Shown here in pieces: positions 50,848 to 60,691 of a DNA stretch of 64,000 bases; the first letter of the stretch is position 1; each line of letters starts with the position of its first letter. The stretch lies in contig CDROCS010002735.1 of the NCBI GenBank assembly GCA_977020255.1, positions 248,001 to 312,000 on the forward strand. Reading direction: 5' to 3'. Both the position numbers and the translations under genes were made by a program. The notes beneath the pieces are model-generated. The model did not search any database. It had not been told where the DNA came from and saw only the letters and a program-made list of their open reading frames with translations. Source of the DNA: Obrimoposthia wandeli. Lineage: Eukaryota.

Positions 50848-53052
50848 TCAACACACATCAGGTATCACTGGCACTGCAATTGGTGTAGCGCCATTTACAC
50901 TATGATTACCATCATCAGGTGCAACAATGGCCGGTACTTTGGCCTTAGTTTGGCTATCTCCTGATATCGCATCAACTTGCATAATTTGCGGCAGCTGATA
51001 AGCAAGTAATGAAATTTTTTGCACGCTTTGCCACTGCCCTTCTTTTTCCAAGCGGAAAAGGGTTAGCTCACCTACAGCTAATACCCCCGCCACTCTTGCT
51101 GCAACAGCTTTTAGCTCATTTACTTCCAGATCACGTCCCATCGGCCAGCCATTACCACTTGGCCCTGCTGGACTGGTTATCCAAAGATAGTGCAAGAGTG
51201 CTTTATTGACGGCATTAAGTGTTTGCGTGATTACGCTTGCATCTAGCACTTGAACCACTAAGCCGACGGCTACACCGATAAATTCTGGACTGAGCACATA
51301 CAGTTCAGTACCTAATAAAGTTCTACTATCAAGGTATTGATATACATCTCTTAACAGGCCTGCACTTGGCCGGTTTATTTCGCCAAAAGCAATGTTTGAA
51401 GGGGGTAATACAAAAACACTCACCACACCTGGCACCTTTAGCTGCACAGTACCAGTGCTGCTACCAGGCTGTAAGCCTTGGATAACTTCAGCACGCACCA
51501 CAGGATTAACAGGGTTTGCTAAGGCCAGTTGAATAAAATCATCTTGGGTAACGGCGCGATTACGGTGATTTAAATGCGCTGGAATGCGCTGTTCAGCACT
51601 GGCGACACTTTCGCCATCTCGACCATTGGCGGTGGGCCAATCATGGCGCACTAAAAACTTGCTACTGGCATTAACGATTTGTGAAATACTTGCAGCGCTT
51701 AAGTTGCCTACTATACCGCCCCCATGGCGATAGTATTTCGCACGAATACGGCTCTTCACGCTGGGCCTTTTTCCTTTTAGGCCATCACCAAAAATCACCA
51801 GCGCACTGCCACTATCAAAACGATATACTTTGTCATCTGCACCACTTGCATTAAAATCATTCACTTGCTGCCATAGCTTAAAATCACCAACTTCACTCAC
51901 TTCTATCTCTAAGCTTGCTGCATCAATATTGGAAATATTTAAGCTATAACTTTGTTCAGGCAAGCCATTTGCAATCGCGATCATTTGATCTCTAATTACC
52001 CCTTGCGCTACCACATCAACGGCATTAATACTGATATAACTCAAACTGAAATCGTTTTCTAGTGGTGCTGATAAGCGAATCCAAAACATGCTTTGTTCTG
52101 CACTAATATGTGCCGGTGGCTCAGGTGGCGTATTAGCATAGCCCGCGTATTGTGGATCAGTGCTAAATTGTGATTTTAGGATGGCACTGTTATTAGGCAA
52201 ACGTAACTTCACTACGCCAGTTACGCGCCCACCTTTAGAGGTATCAGCTACGATTTCTAAAGGGATGTAGGTGGTTTTATGTTGATCAGCACTTTGCTGC
52301 CAGGCAATTTCCCAGCGCAGTTCTCTTGGTGCTAATTGCATTGAAAGCGCTTTTTTTTCTGATATATCAGTCACACTAGCGCCTTGTTCATCACCCGCAG
52401 GAACAATGCCGATACTAATAATCTGTGCGCTAAGGTTGTGTAAAATATTCTCTTTTTGCGGCAATTGCTTAGTGTGCGGTAAATAAGCTAATAGATAAAA
52501 ACACTTATCTAAACTGTGATTTAGATCTAATTTGTCAGTGGCAGCATCAAAACTGCGTGGCACAAATGCGCTTACTTTGGTGTTATAGAGCGTTTGTAAT
52601 GCATTGATGTTGATATCTAAAGAGGCAAGTTGTGCTTCACTTATGCGCTCTTTAATCATCACTGCTAGTTCTAGTGGTAACGACTGCAGCTCACCCACTG
52701 TGCTAAAAGTGACATTGCCAGCACTTAACTGGGTTTCGTGTTGTAACAAAGGCACTAACTGTGAGCCTCTACCAATTTTAGTATCAATAGAAACGATACC
52801 TGTTGCAGGCAGCGCAGGCCTGCGCGGCAATTGCAAAAGGTTTAAAAAAGCTTGTCTTTGCCGCTCAGGGATTAAGTTTGCACGGTATATCACTGACTCT
52901 GTCATCCACGCGAATAAATCCACCAACGCATATAACGGATCCCCCTCAGTTAACTGGCCCATCTCTGGTATATGATGCTCTAGCCGCTCCCTGGCCTCTT
53001 TTACTAGATCATCAAACTTGCGATCATCTAATGATGTTACTGGAATAGTCAT
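50848..53052 (-). CDS. Baseplate J / gp6-like wedge protein (Afp11-like, TIGR02243-type)
   Basis: SLDDRKFDDLVKEA...EGDPLYALVDLFAWMTESVIYRANLIPER; VIFGDGLKGKRP; YRHGGGIVGN; NRAVTQDDFIQLA; GWPMGR. Confidence 0.9.
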   Translation of the reverse strand: MTIPVTSLDDRKFDDLVKEARERLEHHIPEMGQLTEGDPLYALVDLFAWMTESVIYRANLIPERQRQAFLNLLQLPRRPALPATGIVSIDTKIGRGSQLVPLLQHETQLSAGNVTFSTVGELQSLPLELAVMIKERISEAQLASLDININALQTLYNTKVSAFVPRSFDAATDKLDLNHSLDKCFYLLAYLPHTKQLPQKENILHNLSAQIISIGIVPAGDEQGASVTDISEKKALSMQLAPRELRWEIAWQQSADQHKTTYIPLEIVADTSKGGRVTGVVKLRLPNNSAILKSQFSTDPQYAGYANTPPEPPAHISAEQSMFWIRLSAPLENDFSLSYISINAVDVVAQGVIRDQMIAIANGLPEQSYSLNISNIDAASLEIEVSEVGDFKLWQQVNDFNASGADDKVYRFDSGSALVIFGDGLKGKRPSVKSRIRAKYYRHGGGIVGNLSAASISQIVNASSKFLVRHDWPTANGRDGESVASAEQRIPAHLNHRNRAVTQDDFIQLALANPVNPVVRAEVIQGLQPGSSTGTVQLKVPGVVSVFVLPPSNIAFGEINRPSAGLLRDVYQYLDSRTLLGTELYVLSPEFIGVAVGLVVQVLDASVITQTLNAVNKALLHYLWITSPAGPSGNGWPMGRDLEVNELKAVAARVAGVLAVGELTLFRLEKEGQWQSVQKISLLAYQLPQIMQVDAISGDSQTKAKVPAIVAPDDGNHSVNGATPIAVPVIPDVC

Positions 53053-53184
53053 TTTTATCCCTTTCAGTATAGTCGTTCCTTTCTGTAAGGTACCTTGCGG
53101 TCATGAACTTCGCTTTTGAGTACATAAACAAGCTGCTACATTTTGATAATTACTATCACCCTTATCCCTCAATCAATGATTATT

Positions 53185-53565
53185 CTATTCATTGAGCGCA
53201 AAAGAAAATTGCATTACTTGCTGTTGTACGTGATTTTTTTGCCGATAGTGAATATCCACCACTAATTGATGCAATTGCTGTGAATCGATATTGACTAATA
53301 CCTGTAATACGTTAATACGCGTTTCCCAGCGACGAATAGATTCACTGATAATATCTGCGATTAAGCTGCGAGTGGTTTGGTTATTAGGATGATGTAGGAA
53401 CGATTTTAAACCAGCACCAAATTCTGGGCGCATTAGGCGTTCGCCTGGACTGGTGAGTAAAATATTCCAAATCACTTGGTTAATGCTTTGTGTGTCACTC
53501 GCCCAAGGTAAACGTTGCTGTGCATCTAATCCGAATAAGCTAAAGCTTACATCCATTGTTTCCAC
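53185..53565 (-). CDS. gp25/GPW-family baseplate sheath-initiator (Afp9-like)
   Basis: INQVIWNILLTSPGERLMRPEFGAGL...IRRWETRINV. Confidence 0.92.
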   Translation of the reverse strand: METMDVSFSLFGLDAQQRLPWASDTQSINQVIWNILLTSPGERLMRPEFGAGLKSFLHHPNNQTTRSLIADIISESIRRWETRINVLQVLVNIDSQQLHQLVVDIHYRQKNHVQQQVMQFSFALNE

Positions 53566-53605
53566 CGGCAGATCCTTCCTTTGTGAATTGGCAAACAGCT
53601 AAGAA

Positions 53606-55396
53606 TTAAGGACAATTACGTACTTTTTGGATAGCCCAAGGGATCCAACGCATAAATATATTGAGTAATTTCATAATAATCATCAATAAAATCATGGCGC
53701 AAATAGTGATCACTGGAATGCTAAAACTAATGCTAAAACCTAAACAGGCACTAAAACGATTCCCTTTATTGCTCTCTTTAAATTCTAAATCAGGGGACAC
53801 CCTTTCAACCGCATCCGCTAAGGATTTGGGCGTCATAAAAGTAACGCCTTTTGCGACACCTCTTTTTAAATCGCTCAATTCTGGTAGCTGTATAACACTT
53901 GGGCGCACCGCTTCAGGGTCCATAGGGTTGACTACCCTAAATCTTTTACTTGCAGGGCCCCAAGCGATTTTCTCTTTTTGGCAGTGATCTAAATAGCGTA
54001 CAAAAGGCTTTACGAAATACACCGCATCCTGTTCTTGAGAGAACTTAGCTATTGGTAGTGCGTCCGCTAAAATTTTAGCCGCTTGTTGCGATCTAATTAC
54101 TAATAGTTGGCGCAGTGAACCCGCTTGCGACTCTGTTATATACAAAGCACTATCATTACTATTATCAGTGCTAACATTAGGTAAATATTCAACGTTTAGA
54201 CCCTGCTCACCACTGACTATACTGGCATCTTTTTCGTGTTGATCTAACAGTGCGAACCAAGCGATGAGGTCACTGTAGTTATTTTCAAGATAGCTTAGTA
54301 AACTTTGCTGCCTCGCTGTTTTTGTTAAGTTATCATGTTGATCAATCGTTATTTGCTGATAAAAATAAAACTGCGCAATTTGACCACGTAATGCTTCGTT
54401 CGCAGAGTTAGTCGCATCATAGAGGTGGAAGCTTTCTACGAAGGTGCGCAATAAACTAATAAAGGCACTGTTTGCCTGATGATTTTGACACACTAAACCA
54501 GTGTCGACATGCCATACAAAAAGCTGACAAGGATGATCGACTAAATCATTAAAAGTACCAGTACAATCGCAAGATGGACCACTACTTTGACCATCCCAGC
54601 TACCAAATGGCCATTGGTGATTGGCTAGCATTCCGCTAGCAGCTGTTCTGTTATTGCGCGTATTGTTTTTTTTGGTAAGTTCGCTACCCACTTCTGCTTG
54701 TGTATTACCTCCTTCGTTCTCTAAAGGGTCACGCTGTTTAAAAATGCTTTGTACCGCACTGCCAATCCCTTTTCTAAACACTTGGCTAGCAGAAGGTGCT
54801 TGCAATGATAAATCAACACTACCCCCTAGAGGCAAATAACCAGACAGTAAGCAGCGCTTTTTTCCTTTAGTGTTGTCGACGGTAATAAGCTGTGCATGCA
54901 GAGGATGCGTTTTTTCACCACTGTATAAAGGCTCTACCGCTTTGGCTTCGATTAATTTATTATTTAGCAACCTTTTATATTGATCAGGTTCTTCAATATT
55001 ACTGGTTTGCGCTACCCAACCATTTGCCGCTCCCTCGTGTATTTGCCAGCTTTGGTAATTATCTTCTGTGCCTTTTCTAATCACCATTCCAGCCGATAGC
55101 ACTTTGGTTGGATCAAAAGCTGCTTGGCCTATTACATCACACTGAATTTCAGCACAAACCATATAAAATGTGCGATGAATGGGCAGTCGTAAATTCACAA
55201 AATCTTGAGCTTTAGCGCCAAATCTATCCTCCTTGCGCCAATCTTGGGCGTGAGTTCCCGTTAGCTGACCGGCGATCACCTGTTGCTGAAAACGACTAAC
55301 AAACTCTTCATCAAGGTAGCGATGCAGCATTGTGCCATCGTGCTCCCCTGCATAGAAAGGACTTTTAATAACTGCTTTATGCTGTTTATTTACCAT
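53606..55396 (-). CDS. Hypothetical eCIS protein (596 aa) with hydrophobic C-terminal helix, in the usual PAAR position
   Basis: The ATG at 55396 overlaps the gp5-like stop (ATGGTAA; track start 55459). N-terminal LRLPIHRTFYMVCAE; C-terminal FSISFSIPVITICAMILLMIIMKLLNIFMRWIPW. Confidence 0.7.
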   Translation of the reverse strand: MVNKQHKAVIKSPFYAGEHDGTMLHRYLDEEFVSRFQQQVIAGQLTGTHAQDWRKEDRFGAKAQDFVNLRLPIHRTFYMVCAEIQCDVIGQAAFDPTKVLSAGMVIRKGTEDNYQSWQIHEGAANGWVAQTSNIEEPDQYKRLLNNKLIEAKAVEPLYSGEKTHPLHAQLITVDNTKGKKRCLLSGYLPLGGSVDLSLQAPSASQVFRKGIGSAVQSIFKQRDPLENEGGNTQAEVGSELTKKNNTRNNRTAASGMLANHQWPFGSWDGQSSGPSCDCTGTFNDLVDHPCQLFVWHVDTGLVCQNHQANSAFISLLRTFVESFHLYDATNSANEALRGQIAQFYFYQQITIDQHDNLTKTARQQSLLSYLENNYSDLIAWFALLDQHEKDASIVSGEQGLNVEYLPNVSTDNSNDSALYITESQAGSLRQLLVIRSQQAAKILADALPIAKFSQEQDAVYFVKPFVRYLDHCQKEKIAWGPASKRFRVVNPMDPEAVRPSVIQLPELSDLKRGVAKGVTFMTPKSLADAVERVSPDLEFKESNKGNRFSACLGFSISFSIPVITICAMILLMIIMKLLNIFMRWIPWAIQKVRNCP

Positions 55397-56031
55397 ATAT
55401 TTCCAGCTCCTGGCGTATAAGATGAACTCACTACTGAATTGGTAATTAAGGTGTCGCATTTAACGACACCTGAAAAATCACTCATAGCCGCATTGACTTT
55501 TACCATGCTCGCGTTGACCTCAACGGTGCTCGCAGCTTCTATTTCAACTTTCGCTGTACTACTAATTTTTATACCGCTAGTCGATAGCATTATCCTCTCG
55601 TTATCTTTTTCAATAGTGATTTCACCTGCACCGTGTTCATCAATTTCTATTCGATATCCACTGCTCGTTTGTAAGGTAATTTTAGGGCTTTGTGCATCAT
55701 CTAAGATAACCTTTGAACCGCCGGGCGTAATCAACGCATATTTATCTTCCACTTCTTGTGCATCACCTGCATGGCTATCGCTGCCGCTCCACAAAGCGCC
55801 TAACACCACCGCTATTTCAGGTGATATAAATGAAATAACTACTTGCTCATCAACTTTTGGTAAAAAGCTAATTCCATACCCTGCGCCTGCAGAATTTGTC
55901 ATACACGCTGCCCACAATGTCATGCCTGTGCTGTGTAACATCACTTGAATGCGCCCACGCCTCTCGGGGTCTTGATTATTGGAGACTATCCCTAAATGCA
56001 ACGCTTGCATTGCGCCCAATTGTTGACTCAT
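55390..56031 (-). CDS. gp5/gpV-like spike protein (OB fold plus short beta region; C-terminal part of a split VgrG/Afp8)
   Basis: GIVSNNQDPERRGRIQV...WAACM...AGAGYGISFLPKVDEQVVISF...VVLGALWS; ends VVKCDTLITNSVVSSSYTPGAGNIW. Confidence 0.88.
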   Translation of the reverse strand: MSQQLGAMQALHLGIVSNNQDPERRGRIQVMLHSTGMTLWAACMTNSAGAGYGISFLPKVDEQVVISFISPEIAVVLGALWSGSDSHAGDAQEVEDKYALITPGGSKVILDDAQSPKITLQTSSGYRIEIDEHGAGEITIEKDNERIMLSTSGIKISSTAKVEIEAASTVEVNASMVKVNAAMSDFSGVVKCDTLITNSVVSSSYTPGAGNIW

Positions 56032-56089
56032 GTCACTCCTTTATATGTTCAACTGCCTTGCTTAATCTTCATTTTAAACTTGTTACTTC

Positions 56090-57178
56090 CTAGCTCAGGT
56101 TCCAGCTATCTTTATGAACTTTCAGCTGTGTTACATACCCATCTTGCGAACTATAAACATGCCGGCAATGTACTACTTGATAAATACCTTGTAACCTGCG
56201 CGATACGCCCTTCAAATCCACTTCTTTACCACTGCACAATGCTGTATTACCGCGACAGCTAATATCACCGTGTAAAAACTGTTTAGCGCGTTGCTCAAAG
56301 CATGCTTTAGCCCATGCATTCGCTTCTGTTTGATTGCGTGCAAAAGTTGGAATGGCGATTTGCTCACCTTGCCAGGTTAAATCTTGCAACACCTGTGCCG
56401 CGCTTTGTTGCGCTGCTCTAGTAGCGTAATTGGCACTTTGCGCGTTAACCGCAACATCATCCTCCAAACTATAGCCTTGCACTATCAACTGCTTAAACTG
56501 ATGATTGATATCCGCAATAATACGTATTTTTTTAGCATTGCCTTGCGCATCAATCACGATGGGCTCGGGGTCTGGCTGTTCTTTTTTTATACTTAATGTG
56601 CCTTCTATTAACCTTAAAGCGAGATCAAAGGGAGCAATTAAGCGCATCATAAACGCTAAATCACTTTCGTTTATTTGGTGCCAAGTGCTAACGGCACTGG
56701 GGATGGACACTTGGGCCTGTAAACCTGCTTGTGATGCTATTTGCGTGATCACTTGCTGTAAATCTTGATCTTCGTACACTTGATTACGCCGCGCTCGTAT
56801 TAAATGATGTAGGCAGTCTTCTGCTAAAATAGTCAGCTGTGGTGCCCCGCTGCCATAGCTTTCTTCTAAAGCAGTTATTTCACCGTTAAACAGCAATTTT
56901 TCAGCCGACATATGTCCTTCATCTGGCATATTTACACTAATGTTTTGGCCTATTGCGAGCGTTTGAAAAGCAAAACCAGTCGCTGAACCGGTGCTTTCAC
57001 CACGCCAATTACTCAATCTAAGCTCTAAGCTACTCATTCCTGATAATGGCAAGCTCACTTGCATATTGAGTAGTGCTTCTTGTAAGTCATCACGCACCTG
57101 CTGATCTATATGTATACGTGGCCGAATATTGATAATTCCACTGTGTTGCGCTGCGCTATCATTTTGCTGATTAGTCAA
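56090..57178 (-). CDS. gp27/late-control-D-like baseplate hub (N-terminal part of a split VgrG/Afp8)
   Basis: LFNGEITALEE, LTILAED, HQINESDLAFMMRL, GDISCRGNTALCSGKEVDLKGVSRRLQGIYQVVHCRHVYS..DGYVT. Confidence 0.85.
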   Translation of the reverse strand: MTNQQNDSAAQHSGIINIRPRIHIDQQVRDDLQEALLNMQVSLPLSGMSSLELRLSNWRGESTGSATGFAFQTLAIGQNISVNMPDEGHMSAEKLLFNGEITALEESYGSGAPQLTILAEDCLHHLIRARRNQVYEDQDLQQVITQIASQAGLQAQVSIPSAVSTWHQINESDLAFMMRLIAPFDLALRLIEGTLSIKKEQPDPEPIVIDAQGNAKKIRIIADINHQFKQLIVQGYSLEDDVAVNAQSANYATRAAQQSAAQVLQDLTWQGEQIAIPTFARNQTEANAWAKACFEQRAKQFLHGDISCRGNTALCSGKEVDLKGVSRRLQGIYQVVHCRHVYSSQDGYVTQLKVHKDSWNLS

Positions 57179-57326
57179 AGCTTAGCCGCTCTTCCCGCTC
57201 ATTATTGATGGCAATAAACTCGGCTGTTTGCTGTTCCTGCTCATCACTTGCGTTCACCGCTAATGGCTGCTGTAATACCTGTGGCGCTGTAACTTGTGTT
57301 ACTAATTCGTTAATAATTAATGGCAT
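57171..57326 (-). CDS. Small Afp6-like protein (51 aa), not in the ORF track
   Basis: Hand translation: MPLIINELVTQVTAPQVLQQPLAVNASDEQEQQTAEFIAINNEREERLSFD*. GAGG RBS; its TAA overlaps the TTG of the hub gene; the MPxxIxELV start recalls Afp6-family proteins. Confidence 0.7.
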   Translation of the reverse strand: MPLIINELVTQVTAPQVLQQPLAVNASDEQEQQTAEFIAINNEREERLSFD

Positions 57327-57359
57327 CTGAAGCCTCTGAATTGTATATTAAATTGAGTA

Positions 57360-58157
57360 TCAACTAGGTTTAACGGTATCCACTAAATCGGTAATGGTTT
57401 TGAAAGCGCCATTAATTTGGCTACCGAGCAATTTTTCTTTCCCCCCGATCACACCTTTCACTACGTCATTAATGGTCGGCACTGAGAGATTAAAATTATT
57501 AATGGCGCGTGGGTTTTCAATACCATTAAATAGTGCTATTTCACGCCATTTTTTTGGGTCTTTACCGTTTTCTGCCAGCGTTTGCGACACACCTTTATTG
57601 CTGGCGGTAAAGTTGGCAACGGTTCGCGGCGGCGCAACCACATCAATTGTTTCAAATTGATAGCGGTTTTCTTTCAACACTAAAGCCAAATTTGAGCGCA
57701 ATGGGATCCCTTCAGGAGAGAAAAAATCAAGAGTTTCATTAAAGCTACTCAACATGCCTACAAAAGCAAAGGCACCCCATTGAAAACGACACACCATAGG
57801 TGCAAGTAGGCCATCAGCACTACTTTGAGGTTGCATAAACTTGCTAGCAATCGCTTTTGTTAATAAACGCACATCTGAATTAGCCGTATGCTTGGCACTT
57901 CTATTGCCAATAGTTATGTCTCTAGAAACGCTGGTGTCAAATATTAAATTAACACTTAAAGACGATTCGCTTTTATCGACATATTGCGCTGCGTTATCTT
58001 CAGATTTTGACTTCGCATCCGCTTTTAAAGTGTTTGATAAGCTAATTTTTAAGCTCTCTGGATTAAACTGAACTAAAATATATTTACTTTCATCGGGCTC
58101 AATTGATCCTTCGACTATCGGGATTAACACCGCTTTAGCTAGCGAAATATCGGCCAT
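57360..58157 (-). CDS. Afp7-like tube initiator / CIS tube-type protein with degenerate LysM
   Basis: LVQFNPESLKIS, LSVNLIFDT, CRFQWG, FFSPEGIPLRSNLALVLKE, KWREIALFNGIENPR. Confidence 0.85.
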   Translation of the reverse strand: MADISLAKAVLIPIVEGSIEPDESKYILVQFNPESLKISLSNTLKADAKSKSEDNAAQYVDKSESSLSVNLIFDTSVSRDITIGNRSAKHTANSDVRLLTKAIASKFMQPQSSADGLLAPMVCRFQWGAFAFVGMLSSFNETLDFFSPEGIPLRSNLALVLKENRYQFETIDVVAPPRTVANFTASNKGVSQTLAENGKDPKKWREIALFNGIENPRAINNFNLSVPTINDVVKGVIGGKEKLLGSQINGAFKTITDLVDTVKPS

Positions 58158-58168
58158 TAAACTGCTCC

Positions 58169-58651
58169 CTATGGCTTGCGCCGTGTTAGTTGTAAGCCTT
58201 CATGTACCAAATGCAATTCTTCAATTGCTACGGCACTCGCATTGGCAGATAAATCTGCGCTCTTAAATTTAACTGCCATGGCATTTTCTATATGCCAGCT
58301 TAAAATGGGTTTTACACTACTGGTTGTGTTACTAAAATTGTGGTCAAAAACTTCTATCAATCCTTGCATGCGATAAGCGTAATTAGCTTGACGAGTGCTG
58401 ATATCTATCCATGCATATAAATCATCAATTTCTGTGATGCCGCGCTTGAGTACCAAGGTTGGGAAGGTTGTTTTGCCTACAAGTTGTACATCTCCCCAGT
58501 TACGTCCACCCTCTTTGATAGTTTTCGCCGACATTGAGATTTCCAGCCCGCTAATATCACTAAAAGCGCCCTGCGCAACCAGCGCTTTAGCTGCATCATC
58601 GGTAACATTAAATAAGCTAACTTTGAATCTAAAGGGAATAAATTCAGACAT
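58169..58651 (-). CDS. Tail tube protein 2 (gp19-like, Afp5-like)
   Basis: GAFSDISGLEISM...IKEGGRN...LVLKRGI...VKFKSADLSANASAVAIEELHLVHEGL. Confidence 0.9.
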   Translation of the reverse strand: MSEFIPFRFKVSLFNVTDDAAKALVAQGAFSDISGLEISMSAKTIKEGGRNWGDVQLVGKTTFPTLVLKRGITEIDDLYAWIDISTRQANYAYRMQGLIEVFDHNFSNTTSSVKPILSWHIENAMAVKFKSADLSANASAVAIEELHLVHEGLQLTRRKP

Positions 58652-60170
58652 TCTTTACTTCCAATTCATTAGCCGTTAAATTTAGTTTGATACTGTCTAT
58701 CGAAAAAGCAGGGGAAAATAGAATTTCAAAGATCATGTTATCCTCGCTATGCTGCTGCTCAATATTGAATGCTTGCTCAGCACTCGCGCCTTGTAGAGCG
58801 CCGGCAGTGTAAAGATCATTAAAAAATTTATTAAGTATCATCAATGGCCGCGGGTCTTGCGGATCAGATTGAAAAATAAAATCTAAGCCTAGATTGCCTA
58901 AGCTTCGTCTTAGCCAGCCAATAAAACGGGCCATTTCACCACGGCGCGAATACAGCGTATTTTGTTGCATTACTCCGGCACTTAAGCGTTCATTATCTAA
59001 ACTCAACTGACCTTTTGTGGAATTAAGTAAACCGATACCGAGTGTTTTAGCATTGAATAGAGTCGGGTTTTGCTGCATATCTGGAAAGGTTTTATATCCT
59101 GTGGCCAATGCCATCCCTGCAATAGAGCGCCACGCTCCTAAAAGCAGCGTAGTGGTTAACATTTTTTTAGCAATCATGGCACTAGCTGAACGAAGTTGCC
59201 CAGATTTGCTTTGTAAATACGGATAAATTAACTGCACTCGATGCAGTTCACTTGCCAATACTTCGGTTTGTAACTTATTTATTGCATGCAGTGCAGTTTG
59301 AGACATTTTTAGCTGCTGATTTTCTCGCTCATCGGCAAAAGGCATGCTGTAAATCCAATGTATATCGGCTCTCAAAGCTGCTATTTTTTGCAGTACTGGT
59401 ACTAACACATCAGTAAATTCAAATGTGGCTGGCTGTTTCAGTAATTCTTTAAAGTAGCGGCGTTCTCTATGATCATCTTTATAATCAAAGCTGCAAGGCA
59501 AAAACTGGGGTGTGATGTTTGCCAAACGCATTCTGGGGATATGGTTCAACACAGTCGGGATTTGAAGTCGCTCCAAATCAGGCATCACAATAAGACTGGC
59601 ACTTTGAACACTCAATGCATTGTGTAGTGATGAATGAAAGCCGTGATTATCGCTATCTAAAACATCATCACTGAGCTGCGGTAAAAAACCTGCTTGCGCT
59701 AAATGTTGATCAACACTGACTATCCAGAGCTTGTATTTTGTATTAGTACTACTGATGTCTGTGTTAGCTTGCGCTTGAAAGAAGTCTTCTACTGCCAAGG
59801 GTAACCAAGCTTGATTACCACCTAGCGTTGTTTGATAAAGAGTAGGCTCTTGAGTGTGTAAAAATATCTGTTGAAACTGCTGTAAACTAGAAATTGGAAT
59901 AGGCAAGCCATATAGCAAATGGCGATAGTCCTGAGCTTGTAATGATATTTCTAGCTCGTGCAGTAAGCTCGCTTTTAATGCAGTTTCTATCACGCCAAGG
60001 CGTTTCTCAAAGCCAAGTTGCGCTATTTCAGCCACAACAGTTCCGGAATTAATCAAGTAAGCTAGATCAACTTCACCAGGACAGTGGCCCAACATAATCA
60101 TTTGAGCCGTATCCTCCTGTGTATTTTGTAGCTGATCCAGATATATAGCGCTGTGATTAAAACTTAACAT
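58644..60170 (-). CDS. Divergent second tail-sheath-like protein
   Basis: Sheath-like remnants: ISSLQQFQQIF, WLPLAVEDFF, and a C-terminal RFIGWLRRSL...FIFQ...FFNDLYTAGALQGASAEQAFNIE. The canonical MPxYxAPGVY start is absent. Confidence 0.6.
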   Translation of the reverse strand: MLSFNHSAIYLDQLQNTQEDTAQMIMLGHCPGEVDLAYLINSGTVVAEIAQLGFEKRLGVIETALKASLLHELEISLQAQDYRHLLYGLPIPISSLQQFQQIFLHTQEPTLYQTTLGGNQAWLPLAVEDFFQAQANTDISSTNTKYKLWIVSVDQHLAQAGFLPQLSDDVLDSDNHGFHSSLHNALSVQSASLIVMPDLERLQIPTVLNHIPRMRLANITPQFLPCSFDYKDDHRERRYFKELLKQPATFEFTDVLVPVLQKIAALRADIHWIYSMPFADERENQQLKMSQTALHAINKLQTEVLASELHRVQLIYPYLQSKSGQLRSASAMIAKKMLTTTLLLGAWRSIAGMALATGYKTFPDMQQNPTLFNAKTLGIGLLNSTKGQLSLDNERLSAGVMQQNTLYSRRGEMARFIGWLRRSLGNLGLDFIFQSDPQDPRPLMILNKFFNDLYTAGALQGASAEQAFNIEQQHSEDNMIFEILFSPAFSIDSIKLNLTANELEVKNV

Positions 60171-60235
60171 TGTTTAATTCCACTCAAAACGGCCAGTAAA
60201 AACGTGTCTTCAAATTTACTTTAAATTGTTAACGG

Positions 60236-60691
60236 CTAACTCTCTTCAATATTTTCAATAGACAGCACTAACTCTTCCATTGCTACATCACCACCTCCTT
60301 TCGCAGCGAGTGTTGGGCCTGTCCATTTAATAGGAATTGCGCCGCGCAGTATCCAAGTGACCACAACAGCATCTCTGTTTTCACTCATCAGCTTGACTGT
60401 GACATCACGTTTGCTCGCCATTGATCCAGCTCTGGTTTCTTTCAGCCATTGCCATATATTCTCAGAGCCTGTGACACCTCGTTTAAATGTGATATCACCT
60501 GATTTGTGGATGCCGGGGATTTTTGTCACGTAATTATTCAATGAGTTTCCCACGCGATATTCAGCCACAGTCACTTCGGCACTCAGCCCTGACACTTCTG
60601 AAAAACCTGCTAAAACTTCTGCTCCTTGACCGGATTCTAATTCAACTAAAAAGTTAAAGGCTGAATAAGGTATGTCTCTAAATGTTGGCAT
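60236..60691 (-). CDS. Tail tube protein 1 (gp19-like, Afp1-like, TIGR02241-type)
   Basis: PYSAFNFLVE, AGFSEVSGL, EYRVGN, KIPGIHKSGDITFKRGV, PIKWTGP, DVAMEELVL. Confidence 0.95.
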   Translation of the reverse strand: MPTFRDIPYSAFNFLVELESGQGAEVLAGFSEVSGLSAEVTVAEYRVGNSLNNYVTKIPGIHKSGDITFKRGVTGSENIWQWLKETRAGSMASKRDVTVKLMSENRDAVVVTWILRGAIPIKWTGPTLAAKGGGDVAMEELVLSIENIEES

